From Octopus vulgaris (taxonomy: Eukaryota), in assembly GCA_951406725.2 (NCBI GenBank), contig OX597815.1, positions 172,980,001 to 173,044,000 on the forward strand: a stretch of DNA of 64,000 nt, given 5' to 3'. Position numbers and translations under genes: made by a program. The notes beneath the pieces are model-generated. The model did not search any database, was not told where the DNA came from, and saw nothing but the letters and a program-made list of their open reading frames with translations. Shown piece by piece: positions 41,424-55,273 of this stretch (the first letter of the stretch is position 1; the number at the start of each line of letters is the position of its first letter).

Positions 41424-41533
41424 TGTTTCGTTTCTGCATTAGCCATCATCTCTTCAACAATATTTGCCTTTCGTTGTTTCTTTGGAATACGAGCATGATA
41501 GAAATCTGCTGCAGATTCAACAACTGTTCCCAT
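41424..41533 (-). CDS. DNTTIP2: DNTTIP2 exon, Fcf2 domain C-part (MGTVVESAADFYHARIPKKQRKANIVEEMMANAETK)
   Basis: Translated by hand (not in the ORF track). Fcf2 motif GTxV...ADFYHxRIPKKQRKxxIVEE. TTTACAG acceptor, GTAGGT donor, phase 2. Confidence 0.95.
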
Positions 41534-41779
41534 CTGTAAAATATATTGCAAGGCACATATAAATAAAATGCATAAAAATATATTTAAAAAATCATTTTTT
41601 GTCTATATAAATAATCAATTTGATGGCAATAAATATGATAATGATTAAAAAAATTATTTATATCCTGAAATTATTAATATAGAATAATTACATAGAGAAA
41701 TATTGGGCAAAATGTACAGTGACATAATCAGAAATAAATATTTAGGAACCCAAGTTAGCTAAAAGACAGGCCTTAAAAG

Positions 41780-42300
41780 AATGGATGAAAAATGTAGCAA
41801 AGAGCAACGTCAGAAAACAGCAAATATACATAACAAAGGAAAAAGCAGAAATTGTGTTTGCCAATAAAAGGATCAGAGGCATGTGGTATCCCAGATTGCA
41901 AAGCAATGTGTCAGTGTTAATTTAGTCATCTTCGGTGAAAAGTTTGTGGGGTATGAGAGGAACATTTATCCTCAATCACACTGAAAAGGAAGAGATGTGG
42001 AAATGCTACTGTGAGAATTTGCTCAATGATGAAAATGGATGAAGAAAAAAGAGGGACCACCACAAGTAGACCCAACAGAGTGATTAGCCATGGAAGTTAA
42101 CAGCTGCATATTCAGAAGAACATATAAGGTTATGAAGGCAGGAGAAGAACATCAGAACTATCAGAATTAGTTACTAAAAATACCTAGCAAAATATGACAG
42201 GTGGAAGTGACATACATAGTCAATCAGATAATACAAGGAAATGTCATCTCCAATGACTGGCATAGCAGTATCATTGAGATAAAAAAGATATTCTAGTAAG
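41780..42300 (+). mobile_element. degenerate RTE LINE remnant
   Basis: EMWKCYCENLLNDEN and NDWHSSII-like pre-RT motifs. Confidence 0.5.
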
Positions 42301-42346
42301 GAGCAACTAGATTAACATAAAATTAACAAACTAAGTTTTGAAAGTA

Positions 42347-43255
42347 TTGGGTCATCCCATAAATAATGTGATTTTTTAATACTTTTTTTATTTTTCAAAA
42401 TTAAGATAAACAAAGTTCTTTTCTAATCTAAAATATATTCTCCTTCATTTTCTACAATGCTCTTCCATTTATCTGCTAGACTTGCTAGGCCCCTCTTCCA
42501 AAATTCACTTGTCCGTAATGAAAAATACTTCTCTAGCACTGTTTTGACCTCATCTACAGAATTCATATTCTTTCCAGCCAAATGATTTTGAAGACTGTGG
42601 AATAAATGAAATCAGATGGGGCACTGTCTGGCGAATATGGTGGGTGGGGCATCATTTCTTATTCAAACTGCTCCCTTTGGATTGTCATCCTTGCTGCATG
42701 TGGCTGAGCATTATCCTGATGGAAGAACACCTTTCGTTTTAAAACCAAAGATGGTCATTTTCCAATGGCATGCAGGTGTTGATGAATGGTTGAATGACCA
42801 AATCTAAGCTTCTCTGCTAGTTCCTCAAAGGTTATGATGTGATTTTGTTCCACCAGGGTTTACAGGACATCCTTGTTGAGCTCTACAGATGTTCCAGGAC
42901 AAGGCTGTAGTTTGCGGCTTGGAATTTTTAGAATCACTGTTGACATTGGCTTACACCTATTGTCCGATCCCCATATACTGCATTAATATTCCTTACACTT
43001 TCCATTGCATAGTTGCCTTTATTGAACTCATAAAGCAAAACATGTTGAATATGCTCCTTTGCCACTTCCATTATAGGTTTGAAAGAATAACTGTTACAAT
43101 TGAACTGCACTCTTCAAAACTTGCACCAAGAACAAGTACAAGGTAAAATTACTACCTGCTTTTATAACAAGTTGATGCAGGCAGTTTATCCCCTCCCGCT
43201 CCAACTTTTAGTTCATGAAATTGAAAAAAACTGCAGTATTTATGGGATAACCCAA
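42347..43255 (-). mobile_element. internally deleted mariner transposon
   Basis: TIRs TTGGGTyATCCCATAAATA with TA TSDs. Remnants EELAEKLRFGHSTIHQHL and PSDFHLFHSLQNHL...LADKWKSIVENEGEYI. Confidence 0.9.
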
Positions 43256-43895
43256 TAAAAGAAAAAATAACACAGCTTAGGCTAGATGTTGTTCAAATTT
43301 ACAACAGGTTAGGGGGACACCGATACCCTCTTCCTAGTAAGATAACTACAGTTCTTCCCTCAGAGCAATTCACTATACTAGCATCAGTTGAGATGGAGAA
43401 CTCCTTTGACAGGGTTCTACACTCTGTAGTTAGGTGGTCACTAAGGAAACTTGGTGTAGATGAATGGCTTGCAAGAACCACACAAGCCATAAGGGTGTTG
43501 TCAGAATGAGATCAGCAACAATCTTTATAAGGAATTTAGTAGGCAGGTTGGAGTTCAGAGTTCAGTTCTTTGTTCCCTTTGTTTATTATGGCTTTCCAAG
43601 CCATACAGAGAAGTCCAAGATGAAGAAGACAACAATGAGGATAACAATGTTGTTGTTGGTGGTAGTGGTGTTGTCATCATCACTGAATAGAGAATTTTAT
43701 CCATATGATAGATACCAATGAGAAATGGTTGAAAAAATTACTCCATTTTGAGGAAACAGTTCAAGTCCTGTCATAACCTTTTTTTGCAAGTCTCTTGACC
43801 ACTATATTGCCATTTATATTACATAAATCTCTAGGGATTCTAAGAACCATGTTCTACATCTATTGTGGAATTGTAATATTAATCAATATACAGAC

Positions 43896-44060
43896 CTGGA
43901 AGTACTTGGGAAATCTCTTTCTATCATTACTTTTATAAAACCGTTTTGGATCGAGAGAGTTTCGCATCTGAATTAGGGCCAATTCATTCTTTATTGTTCG
44001 TGTCATTTCTGGTTTTCCCATGTTAAACCAGTTATCTCCAGCTACTTTACTTCTTTGTTT
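43896..44060 (-). CDS. DNTTIP2: DNTTIP2 exon, Fcf2 domain N-part (KQRSKVAGDNWFNM...MRNSLDPKRFYKSNDRKRFPKYFQ)
   Basis: Fcf2 signature AGxxWFxM...MRxxxDPKRFYK...FPKYFQ. TTTTCAG acceptor, CAG|GTCTG donor, 165 nt. Confidence 0.95.
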
Positions 44061-44137
44061 CTGAAAATGCAAATAAACAAAATAAATAAAAATTTTAAAT
44101 AACTAAATAAATAAAAATTTTAAATATTTTTACATAT

Positions 44138-44497
44138 AGGCACAAGAGTGGCTGTGTGGTAAGTAGCTTGCTTACCAACCACATTTGTTTCAGTCCCATT
44201 GCGTGGCACCTATAAGCCTCGGGCCGACCAAAGCCTTGTGAGTGGATTTGGTAGATAGAAACTGAAAGAAGCCTGTCGTATGTGTACGTGTGTGTGCCCG
44301 TGTGTGTGTGTCTGTGTTTGACCCCCAACATCACTGGTGTGTTTACGTCCCCCGTAACTTAGCAGTTCGGCAAAACAGACCGATAGAATAAGTACTAGGT
44401 TTACAAAAAATAAGTCCTGGAGTCGATTTGCTTGACTAGAGGTGGTGCTCCAGCATAGCCACAGTCAAATGATTGAAACAAGTAAAAGAATAAAAGA
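44138..44497 (+). mobile_element. SINE family A
   Basis: Same head, core and tail as 32515, with small deletions. Confidence 0.9.
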
Positions 44498-45000
44498 ATA
44501 AGAACTCTATCCTCAGAGAAATAACTGGTAACTTGAACTGATAAATTGTAATTTATCTGTCAAGTCTTTGTATATTCATTCTGTGAATGTTGTGTCAAAA
44601 CACTGGACCAGCAAATCTTTAATTATATACGTTAATGTAGATATGTTCATATTCAGGCTTTGTGGCGAACTAATTATTTCATGGTGTTTAAAAATATATA
44701 AGATGTCTGTTCAAATTATCATCAGAATTTTTTTACATTACACAAGAAGGTTAACAAAGAGAGAACAAGGCAGGTGTAAGGAATGAGTATTGGTTTAAAT
44801 GATAATCAAAGGAAAAATAAATAAAACAGATGTATAGAATATCTGTGTTCTCATAACATGTTTTTTACAGTCAGAAATTATTATCCTTCCCTATGTGAAG
44901 TGGAATAGGTATTTTTCTTTTAGCTATATAAAACCAACATTGTAATTCATAAAATACAGAATAATAATAGATTAATAAAATACAAGGGGATTTCATTTAC

Positions 45001-45078
45001 CTTCTTCAGTAGTTTTTGTTTTCTTTTGCTAATGAGTTCTTTTGCTGGATCAGGTGGTGGTGCTGTTGACTTGAGAAT
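45001..45078 (-). CDS. DNTTIP2: DNTTIP2 exon (ILKSTAPPPDPAKELISKRKQKLLKK)
   Basis: TTTCAG acceptor, AAG|GTAAAT donor, 78 nt, phase 0/0. Basic stretch typical of the region preceding the Fcf2 domain. Confidence 0.85.
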
Positions 45079-45559
45079 CTGAAACAATATCACAAGTGAG
45101 TGTCTTTATAGATTGAAATCATTAAAAGGATACAACACAGCATTTGGGACTGAATTATTTAAATATGTAGAAACTATTTTGCTGAATGTATCAAACATAA
45201 AATGTATTTCTTAGCAAAGCAATTTAAGAAACAAAATACAAAAAAAATTAGAGATTATACACACAGAAACAATAAAATTTCATGTAAAGGTAAAAAAAAA
45301 TCATTCTAAATATATATAACTAACATCCCGGTGGTACATAAAAGCACCCACTACACTCTCAGAGTGGTTGGCGATAGGAAGGGCATCTAGCCTTAGAAAC
45401 TCTGCCAGATCAGATTGGAGTCTGGTGCAGCCATCTGGTTCGCCAGACCTCAGTCAAATTGTCCAACCCATGCTAGCATGGAAAGTGGACATGAAATGAT
45501 GATGATGATCCCATCAGTTACAACAACAAAGGTTCTAGTTGATCTGATCAATAGAACAA

Positions 45560-46745
45560 CCACTTTGCCTCCATGAGGCCCAACATTCAAAAGGAACTCA
45601 ACTTCTTTACTTCTGTGAGGCCCGAGGCCCAAAGCTTGAAAAGAACTCAGCCACTTTGCCTCCATGAGGCCCAATGTTCAAAATATGTACTTTACATGAC
45701 ACCAGCACGGGTGCACTTGGCTTGACAGGTCCTCTCAAGCACAGCGCATTGCCAAAGGTCTTGGTCACCAGTCATTGCCTCTGTGAGGCTCAAAGTTTGA
45801 AGATCATGCTTTACCACCTTGTCCCATGTCTTCCTGATCTACCTCTACCACAGGTTCCCTCCACAGTTAGGGATCAGCACTTCTTTACAAAGCTGTCCTC
45901 ATCCATACACACTACATGACCATACCAGCACAGTCATCTCTCTTGCACACCACATCTGATTCCTCTAATGCTTATCTTTTCTCTCAAGATGCTTACACTC
46001 TGTCAAACATGCACACAGACATTGCACATCCAGCGAAGCATACTGGCTTCATTTCTTTCAAGCCTACACATGTCCTCAGCTGTCATAGCCCATGTTTCAC
46101 AGGCATCAAACAACATGCCTTTCACTCTGACAGAGGCCCTTTGTTGCCAGCAGGGGTAGGAGCTTTCTGAACTTTGCCCAGCCTAATCTTATTCTAACAG
46201 CTATGCTCTTGGAGCATCCACCTCCACTACTAACTTGGTCACCTAGATAACGGAAGCTACCTACTACCTCTAGCTTGTCCCCTGGCAGATGATGGAGTCT
46301 ATTTTCTGTGCATTTTCAGTGTTTACTGTACCTGTGCACCTTCCACATACAAAAGTTAGTTTCCCTGTTAACCCTTCTCTGGTGTTGCTGTCCCTTTTGT
46401 GTGTCCAAAGCTTATACTGAGTGCATCTCATGGAGTTTCTATCTACACCTTTTCTACAGATTGAGCAGGGGCATCTACCCGAAGAGATCTGTGATTTATC
46501 TACCTTCCTACTTACTATGACTTTTGTTTTTGCTAGGTTAACTCTAAGACCCTTTGATTCTAGACCTTGCTTCCATACCTGGAACTTCTCAAGTTCAGGT
46601 AGTGATTCAGCAATAAGAGAGCAAGAGGAGTTCCTAGGGGTAGCCTGTCTTGAATTCCTGTTATTGCCTGGCAGACTATGATGAACAAAAGGGAGCTAAG
46701 CACCAATCCTTGGTGAACCCCTACTTCTACCCTGAATTCCTCACT
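45560..46745 (-). mobile_element. RTE LINE remnant
   Basis: Reverse strand matches the RTE C-terminus seen at 50458 (GTCGRGR..TWD) plus the RT motif VGVHQG. Confidence 0.75.
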
Positions 46746-48452
46746 ACTTGTCAGCAGAAATTGAACTCATGACCTTACGATCATGAGCTGAATACCCTAA
46801 CCACTAAGCCAAGCACCTTCACAAATATATATAATATATTTGTAATAAAAACTTACAAAAGTTTAAATTAATTAAATCAAGGTATATCGATATTAGTTTG
46901 AGATGAGATTATGTATTTTCTAGATATCTTTAGGTTGTATATAGTCAATATTAACATCTATACTATGTTGTTTGCAATGGTTTGATCTCTGACCAATTAT
47001 AAGGTGTCTTATTCCTGGATAGTCCGCATTTTTAATCCAGCTATGAATACGAAACAATGAAAAACTGATAGAAATTTAGTGCAGATCTAATTATTATTGT
47101 AATTATATATTCAAATGATGAAAAATATAATTGCATGCATTAAATATATTCTGACATTAACCTGTTAGTCTCCAGAGAGTTAAAAATTCTTTGTCCAATT
47201 TGATCAAAAATGAGTTGAACACTTTGAAGCTTTCCTTAATCAACATGTCTAGTTTCAACTCAAATACCCAAGGTAATTTGTTAGTAGATGACTATACACA
47301 CACGTATCATCATCATTTAATGGTCATGATCCGTGTGGCATGGATTGGATGGTTTGACAGTATCCGATGGGTCTAAGGACTGAATGCCTTTCCTAATGCC
47401 AAACAATTAACAGTCTGTAATGGGTACCTTTTACATGCCACTGACATTAATAAGATGATCATGCAGCTCACAAAACTGTGAAAGCTGAAGGTAGTGAGGG
47501 CTTTATACTAGCAGACGAGGGTTGGAGTATGTATTTATAGTCTCCATGTACACTACATTAGTCATGGTCTTGCCCAGTATGTTCATTAATTACTCTAGCC
47601 AAAATAATGAGCCAAGGGGAGTAGAAGTAAGTTTAGAAACAGTCAATCTGTTCCTGCTCCCCTACTATATTTTAACCTCTTAACAACTTGCTTAAAGCAT
47701 CCATCCTATCTTTTATCTTTCCTCTCAGCAAAGGGGTCTCTACAGTATTGCAAGTTGCAAAGCAACATCATTAGTACTGGTATTACAAAACGAAAAAAAG
47801 CACTGTACAAAGTGTTAAAACTCTATAAAGCACCCTGTAAAGGGATGGCATTAGGAAGAACAGCCAGCCAAAATTGTGATACTGGAGCAAGACACAGCCT
47901 TGGAACCTGTTGGATCCTGTCAAAATGTCTTACCCATGCTAGTATGGAAACAGATGTAAATTGACGACAATGACAATGATGATGAAGCGGCAGTCAGTAA
48001 GATGGCCTCATAGAAATAGTCCATTTGTTCATCTATCAATGCACATGGTGCACAAGCAGAGATCACTGTTATACTGCCCATGACTAAACAAAGTTTCATC
48101 AGTCTGTCACATTTTCTATCACAATGACTTACCTATCCACTTCTCTACCAGCAATATGCCTACACCACCCTTCAACCAGCACAAATCTAGTCATCAATGC
48201 TCCAGCATCTCTACAATCTCTTGACATATCTCGCAGTGTGCCAGTACTGATAGTGGTGGCCCTGAAATTTTGTCCCTGGCAGAAAAGGGGGAAATATTTA
48301 TGGGTTGGTTGCTTGATGTCTTTCTACACACACATAAACATTATAAGCGTATATCTCCCTTGTATATATATAATTCATGAAAATAACAAAATAAAGATCA
48401 TTGTTGACGAATGATTATAAAATGTCAATATTAGCACAGCAAAATTACTTAC

Positions 48453-48561
48453 CTGATTAACATCTACAAGTTTATTTGCTGTAACATAATCTTTTGAGGA
48501 GTCTAAATAAGAGCTAAAGTTAAGATGAGGATCAATAGAACTGACCAATCCTATAGACAAC
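48453..48561 (-). CDS. DNTTIP2: DNTTIP2 exon (K|LSIGLVSSIDPHLNF...VDVNQ)
   Basis: TTTTTATAG acceptor, GTAAGT donor, 109 nt (1 nt + 36 codons) fitting both flanking phases. The SSIDP motif resembles DNTTIP2. Confidence 0.8.
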
Positions 48562-50457
48562 CTATAAAAAATAAAACATCATCCAGATTTTAATAGAATC
48601 ATTTGCTAAAATTTACAAACAAAAAGACAGGCATTTTATTTCTTTCAATATTCTACCAAGAAAATTTGAACTGAGAGTATATAAACAAAAAAATAATGTT
48701 GAATATAACAGGCTGCAAAGAACATAAATATTTTACTTAGCAAGAAATAGGTAAATTTAAAATTTATATGTCCTTAAGTGTCAAGAAAAAATTTTTAAAT
48801 AAAATGTTCCAAGAATATTTTAAAATTTAACAATCATTTGGAAACAGATTTATTTTAAAAATATATCAGAATACTATCTAGGGCAGCAAGCTGGCAGAAC
48901 TGTTAGCATGCCAGGCAAAATGCTGAGCAGTATTTCATCCATCTTTATGTTCTAAGTTCAAATTCTGCCGGGGTCATTTTTGCCTTTCATCCTTTCAGGG
49001 TTGATAAAATAAGTACTAGTTGAGTATTGGGGGGTCGATGTAATCAACCTATCCCCTTCCCTGGAATTGCTGGCATTGTGCCAAAATTTGAAACCAATAT
49101 TAGAATACTATTTTTTTTTATCATTTTACTTGTTTCAGTCATGTGACTGTAGCCATGCTGGGACCTGTCCTGAAGGGTTTAACCAAACAAATCAACACTA
49201 GTAATTTTCTTGCTAAGTTACATGGACATAAACAAACTAATACCAATTATCAAACAGTGGCGGTGGAAAAACACATACAAAAAACAATCATAATGAATCA
49301 TTATAAGTATATTTATATATAAGTATATATATAAGTATGTATATATATAAGTATATTCATTGGTGATAAGTATATTTGTTTTGTTCATTGTTCAGAGATT
49401 ACAAGCATTACATTAATTATGAGGAGAAAATATACTTTTCAGACTATTAAAAATATCTCTCATCAAAGATAATGACGGTATTTCTTTTTCACATTTAATG
49501 TCACAATTTCTGAAACTTGTATAACACTTACTGTACAGATAGTGACAATTAATTGGCTTTATTAACCCTTTTGTTACCACAATTCTGTTGAAATACATTG
49601 CCTCTGTTTCAATTAATTTTGAAAGAGTGGGGAGAGCAACAGAATAGTAATGATGATACACTAGACAAGAGATGGATGTGAGATGACATGTGTAAGTAGG
49701 TTGTAGGAGTAGGGTGGGGAAGAAGAGAGAGACAGGTTTAGTGCTTGAGGAGAGTGGGAGATGTATGGTAGTAAAGAGAGATAATTTGGTGGCTTTGTTG
49801 GGAATTGTGTGTGATCAACATAAAGTGTAGATTGAAAGAACAGTATTAAGGAATGAACGATGGATAACAAGTGAAATGGTTCTGGGTAAAAAGAAAAATA
49901 AATGGTACCTAGGAAGAGCTACAGATAGGTGATGGGTGGTGGTGATGCCATGACAAGGAAATTGGGCAACGGATCCAGTTGTGTGTGTATACACAACCAC
50001 ACACACACAGCACTTCCAGAACTCGTTTTTGCTGAGGTGAGCAGGTCTTTTTGAGAACATTCAAGTCCTGAGATCAGCCTTCATTTCATCCAATGTCTCC
50101 CTTTCTCACGAGTTCCATCTACAGTAGGTGATCACCATTTCTTTATACACCAATCCTCATGCATATGGATCATATGTCCATATTAGTGCACTCTTCTTTC
50201 TTACATGCTCAGTTTCTCTCTCGACACATTTCTACTGTGCCATTCATGCACACCCAGCAATGTGCATGAAAGGCAGCAAAAAAATAATTATCAGCAATCT
50301 CACCATGACTACTTGATATCTAGGAATGCCATTAAATTACAAAGTTTGTTTAGTCAGTACTCTAAACAAAAGATGACAAAGGGCTGAGACAGTATTCTTC
50401 CTGTTCTCTGCATACTAAGTTCAAATCTGCTTAAATATGCCAAAAGACAATTTAATC

Positions 50458-51430
50458 CTTGCTGAGGATATGCGTAAGCTCGCAAGAAATGAAGCCAGTA
50501 TGCTCCGATGGATGTGTAATGCCGGTACTCACACTCGGCAGAGTGTAAGTACCTTGAGAGAAAAGCTGGACCTAAGAAGCATCAGTTGTGGTGTGCAAGA
50601 GAGACGTTTGCGCTGGTATGGTCATGTGGCGAGAATGGATGAAGTTAGTTGTGTGAAAAAGTGCCACACCCTAGCGGTTGAGGGAACCTGTGGAAGAGGC
50701 AGACCCAGGAAAACCTGGGATGAGGTGGTGAAGCACGACCTTCGAACTTTAGGTCTCACTGAGGAAATGACTAGAGACCGAGACCTCTGGAAGTGTGCTG
50801 TGCGCGAGAAGACCCGGCAGGACAAGTGAGTCCATAACCCGTGGCCTTCTACATGGGATGGAGCCAGCCTACGTATGCATACCTTCCCTTCTTGGGACAC
50901 AAAACTCTACTTGTGAAGACGTGTTGAGGCAAGTAAGGATCAGAATCGAAATCGATCAATGGAAATTGCGGATGTGTTACCAGTGCCGGTGGCATGTCGA
51001 AACTCTACTTGTGAAGACCCGTTGAGGCAAGTGAGGATCAGAATCGAAATCGATCAATGGAAATTGCAGATGTGTTACCAGTGCCGGTGGCATGTAAGAG
51101 AACTTTCCATTTCGCAACCGTTGCCAGCACCGCCCCGTTTCGTGTCCGTTGCCAGCCTCGCCTGGCCCTCGTGCCGGTGGCACAAAAAAAAAAAAGCACC
51201 ATCCGTTCGTGGCCGTTTGCCAGCTCTGTCTGGCACCAGTGCGGGTGGCACGTAAAAAGCACCCACTACACTCACGGAGTGGTTGGCGTTAGGAAGGGCA
51301 TCCAGCCGTAGAAACACTGCCAGATTTGACTGGGCCTGATGAAGCCTTCTGGCTTCACAGACCCCAGTAGAACCGTCCAACCCATGCTAGCATGGAAAAC
51401 GGATGCTAAACGATGATGATGATGATGATG
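50458..51430 (+). mobile_element. 5'-truncated RTE LINE (ORF C-terminus + 3'UTR + (GAT)n tail)
   Basis: MLRWMCN...RRLRWYGHVARM...GRGRPRKTWDEVVKHDL, then a 3'UTR ending GCTAAACGATGATGAT. Confidence 0.9.
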
Positions 51431-51657
51431 AATAAAAACAAGTCAATAATGTTAAATTAATTGATGAAAATCAACACTATGCTCATATCTAATACCAATA
51501 TGATTGCAAAGATAGATTATATAGCCCTAGGTAGAAGACAAAGCTCCACAGAAATTTGATCAAACCCTAGTTATACTGAAGAGAGTTATGTTGGTGATCG
51601 AGTGCTGCATTGTTGAACAATGTGACCCAAGCAAGCGTTTGGTCTGCTGCTGATGCT

Positions 51658-51935
51658 GTTGCTGTTGTTGAGCAAATGGTCTTCGTCCCAGAGCTCGCAA
51701 GATGGGAGAAATCTGAAACGTGGTCCTTTGCTATTCATAAGACCCGCAGAAGAGAAAGCAGGTCAACCCCCGACACCGAGAGAATCGACGGATGGATGAA
51801 TGCGCATCCAGGCTCAGCGGTTGCGTAGGAAGTCGGGGACAAGAAACAGGAAGAAAGTTTGAGAGAAAGTTGGGGCGAAAGAGTACAACAGGGGTCGCCA
51901 CCACCCCCTGCCGGAGCCTCGTGGAGCTTTAGGTG
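51658..51935 (-). mobile_element. short retroposed insertion with 13-bp TSD
   Basis: TSD TGCTGCTGATGCT at 51645-51657 and 51936-51948; CAA-rich tail on the minus strand. Confidence 0.7.
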
Positions 51936-53249
51936 TGCTGCTGATGCTCCATTAATGATTGTCACACTGACAAGCTCAACAAGTGGGAGAAGTCCAGTCT
52001 CTACAAGGTTGTTAATGAGGAAATCGCAGCTTCACCACTCAAATTTCTTGGTCATTTAACAAAGAACTGAAATACACTAGAAAGACTAAATCATTAAAGC
52101 AATAGTGAATACTATGAAATCATTATTACCACTTCCATTTTAGGTGCATTATAGTTTACTAGTATACTTTAGAGCCAGTGATTTGCAATAAATACAGAAC
52201 CTCTACATTTGTGCTTGCTTCAAATATTGAAATTAAACATTATTTCCAAATAAAACGAAGGATTTGACTCTCCACGATTATTTCCCATCAAAACATATTG
52301 CTGTTAAACTTTGCTACTTTTACAATTTCATGATTCCTTGTTTTGTCTGGTTGTTTTTACAAAAACGCCAGAACACATTGACTTTAAATGCTAGCAGCTT
52401 GAATGAAATTGATGTGATTCACACAAATATGAAAGAAAATTAAGACAAGCGAGGTAACTTGCAAAATTACTTCGCATAATGGCTATGTGTCGTCTGACAG
52501 TTACCCAACTGTCTTAAAAGAGTTATGGACTAAAATCAGATAAAAACGATTGTTGAAGAAGCTGCAAACACTAAGTGCAACTGATTGGAAAATATGAGTA
52601 GATAACATTGAATATTTAGAGATGTTGTTTATTTGCTTTGCCGAAAAAGTAACAGAACCCGCAAGAACAAAATTTAGGACATGACACAGGGCAAAAGAAT
52701 CAACCAATAAGGACAAAATCATACTATCTGGTATTTTGTCATCAGCACGAGGCAAAATGCCTGGATCCAGAACAGAGAGAATATTGATTAGACAAACGAT
52801 CAGTTCATTATCTGCACATATCGGAGACCTACTTATTTTATTGATCCAAAGATAGAAGGAACTATTAACACCAGCAGGAAGTGAACCCTAAACGCAGTTG
52901 ACAGGCTTGACAAAATAATACTTCCTTTTCAATCGTTATTACTTTCGGTTTATTCCCCAAGAAAATTTGTAAATATAGCTGTTTCGTGATTAAATATACT
53001 ACAGGATTAGGTAAACACTTTACTGCCACAACGAAGCTATGCCCACAAATTATTATGAGACATATTGATACCATACGAATAACTAGCATGGATGATGTAA
53101 AGACGATGGCATAACTACAGATTTCTGCCCCCACCCCACTTTGGATGATTATAACTTTCAGAAAAAAAAAGGATATTTTTCCATGAAATTTTCTACGAAT
53201 ATGTGTTATATCATATAGATTCCGAATATACAAAATTTGGCGAAAAGTG

Positions 53250-53701
53250 GGCACAGCCATGCCTTTGGTTGTCAGAAGTGAAAGTAGTCAACTTCGTGTA
53301 TTTCCGTCAGGTTTATACCTTCGTTAATTTACGCCGTTTATTTACGTACCACCACGCTGTTAGGTTTATAAAACAATTGAAGTTCAGTTTAAAGTTTATA
53401 AATAAATACATTTCATTCCATGTTCTGTTTAAACTTTATAAATAAATATATTCTATTCATTATTGTTTTTAAAAAAGAAATCACACCAAATCTGCACAAA
53501 TGACCACCACCACCGCGATCACATACACCAATCATACACACGTGTGTGTGTATATGTGGCTATATGTCTGACTAATGTGTGTGTGTCTGTATTTATTGTA
53601 TGTGTGTATAAGTAGTTATATGCTTATATTATCCATTATAGTAATATTTTTCTGTTGAAATCCGTTTTAAGGCGGTCAATAGTTTAATTAAAGATGTGTC
53701 T

Positions 53702-53733
<32 letters not shown>

Positions 53734-53800
53734 ACATGTGTATACATATATATATATATATACATGTGTATACATATATATATATATACATGTGTATACA

Positions 53801-53841
<41 letters not shown>

Positions 53842-54048
53842 TGTATACATATATATATATACACATGTGTATACATTACACATGAAATGTATTTATTTAT
53901 AAACTTTAAACTGAACTTCAATTGTTTTATAAACCTAACAGCGTGGTGGTACGTAAATAAACGGCGTAAATTAACGAAGGTATAAACCTGACGGAAATAC
54001 ACGAAGTTGACTACTTTCACTTCTGACAACCAAAGGCATGACTGTGCC
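53250..54048. mobile_element. non-autonomous Merlin-type MITE
   Basis: 167-bp TIRs (53250-53416 and 53882-54048, 1 mismatch) starting GGCAC; perfect 8-bp TSD GAAAAGTG at 53242-53249 and 54049-54056. Confidence 0.9.
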
Positions 54049-55273
54049 GAAAAGTGTTTTACGAAGGGGTGGAGTGGGGTATTTTGGAAAATTCACCGGA
54101 GTTCACTTCAATTCGTCTTAACTTTCAAGAAAATGAACATTTTCTTTTATGAAATTCTCTACAAATTCCGAGGACATAGGAATGTTGGGGGAGCGGGGAC
54201 CAATTGGGGGTTATTTCAGGACAAGTCGTCCACATTTGTTTATTTTCTCCGCTTTTTGTGCGTTTGTGCATCCGTAGATTTCTACTGAAACAACAAACAG
54301 GCAATGAAGTCAAATGGGTAGAGCTGGACGAGTCACCCCCACCACACACATACACACAAACACGAGCTTGCGGAATTCTTTTTTCTTTTTCCTCAGCGGA
54401 TTCCAAGGTTTTCGATGATGGAGATTCCGAATATGCAAAAAAAAATCACGTTTTTAAAATTTTTAATTCCCACCCACCAATTTTTTTAATTTTTAAATTT
54501 TTTTCAGTCTACGTGGAAAAATACGGAGATTAACAATTTGTCAAACAAAAATTTAGTTACTTTCAAATTTTATGTGAAAAACTCCAAATTTGATCCACAC
54601 ACCCATCGCCACCCAGCACACATACCTACACATAGACGCACGTGGATAAATATGGATGAAATCCCATTTTGGAAGTATGTTAAAGTTTTTAATAGACGTA
54701 CGGCGGAGAATTATTGGCGCTTCTTTAAAAGCGCACCTCTCCAAGAAAATGACGCATACTTGCCAAAAAAGTTACGAAAATGGGAAATTTGGGAAGATAC
54801 ATCTATTTTTTAAATATTTTTTACTAAAAAATAAAATACGGAAAACGGGCGCTCGAGAAAATAAACAAACATGCCAGACGATAAAAGGGGCGGTAACTTA
54901 CTTTTACCAGTCATATATTAATGATACAAGAGGCCCGACAATATCGTCTGCTAATTATAAAGAAGAGCGTTTCACAATCTTTTTCTTAAAAGTCAATTTA
55001 TAACTAATATATACTATTATGTCAAATTTTGTACTTGAACGGGTATGTTTGTAGAGAATTTCATTTAAAAATATCCATTTTCTTGAAAGTTAAGACGAAT
55101 TGAAGTGAACTCCGGTAAATTTTCCGAAATTCCCCACCCCTTCCTAAAACACTTTCTCCCCAAACATTTATATATTCGGAATCTACATGATATAACACAT
55201 ATTCGTAGAAAATTTCATTAAAAAATATCTATTTTTCCTATAAAGACAAGAAATTTAGGTATTATACCGAAAT

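Noticed and set aside
45327-46745. Twin-priming inversion of one RTE insertion
   Set aside because: The (GAT)n tail points inward and no shared TSD was found; better explained as separate insertions.
46975-47065. Stem followed by CGAAAC (similar case at about 28400-28450, minus strand)
   Set aside because: Only CTGACCA at the wrong spacing; no valid core.
51330-51365. CTGATGA followed by an AGCC/GGCT hairpin
   Set aside because: A variant of the RTE tail motif CTGGTGCAGCC seen in other copies; no GAAA-UH.
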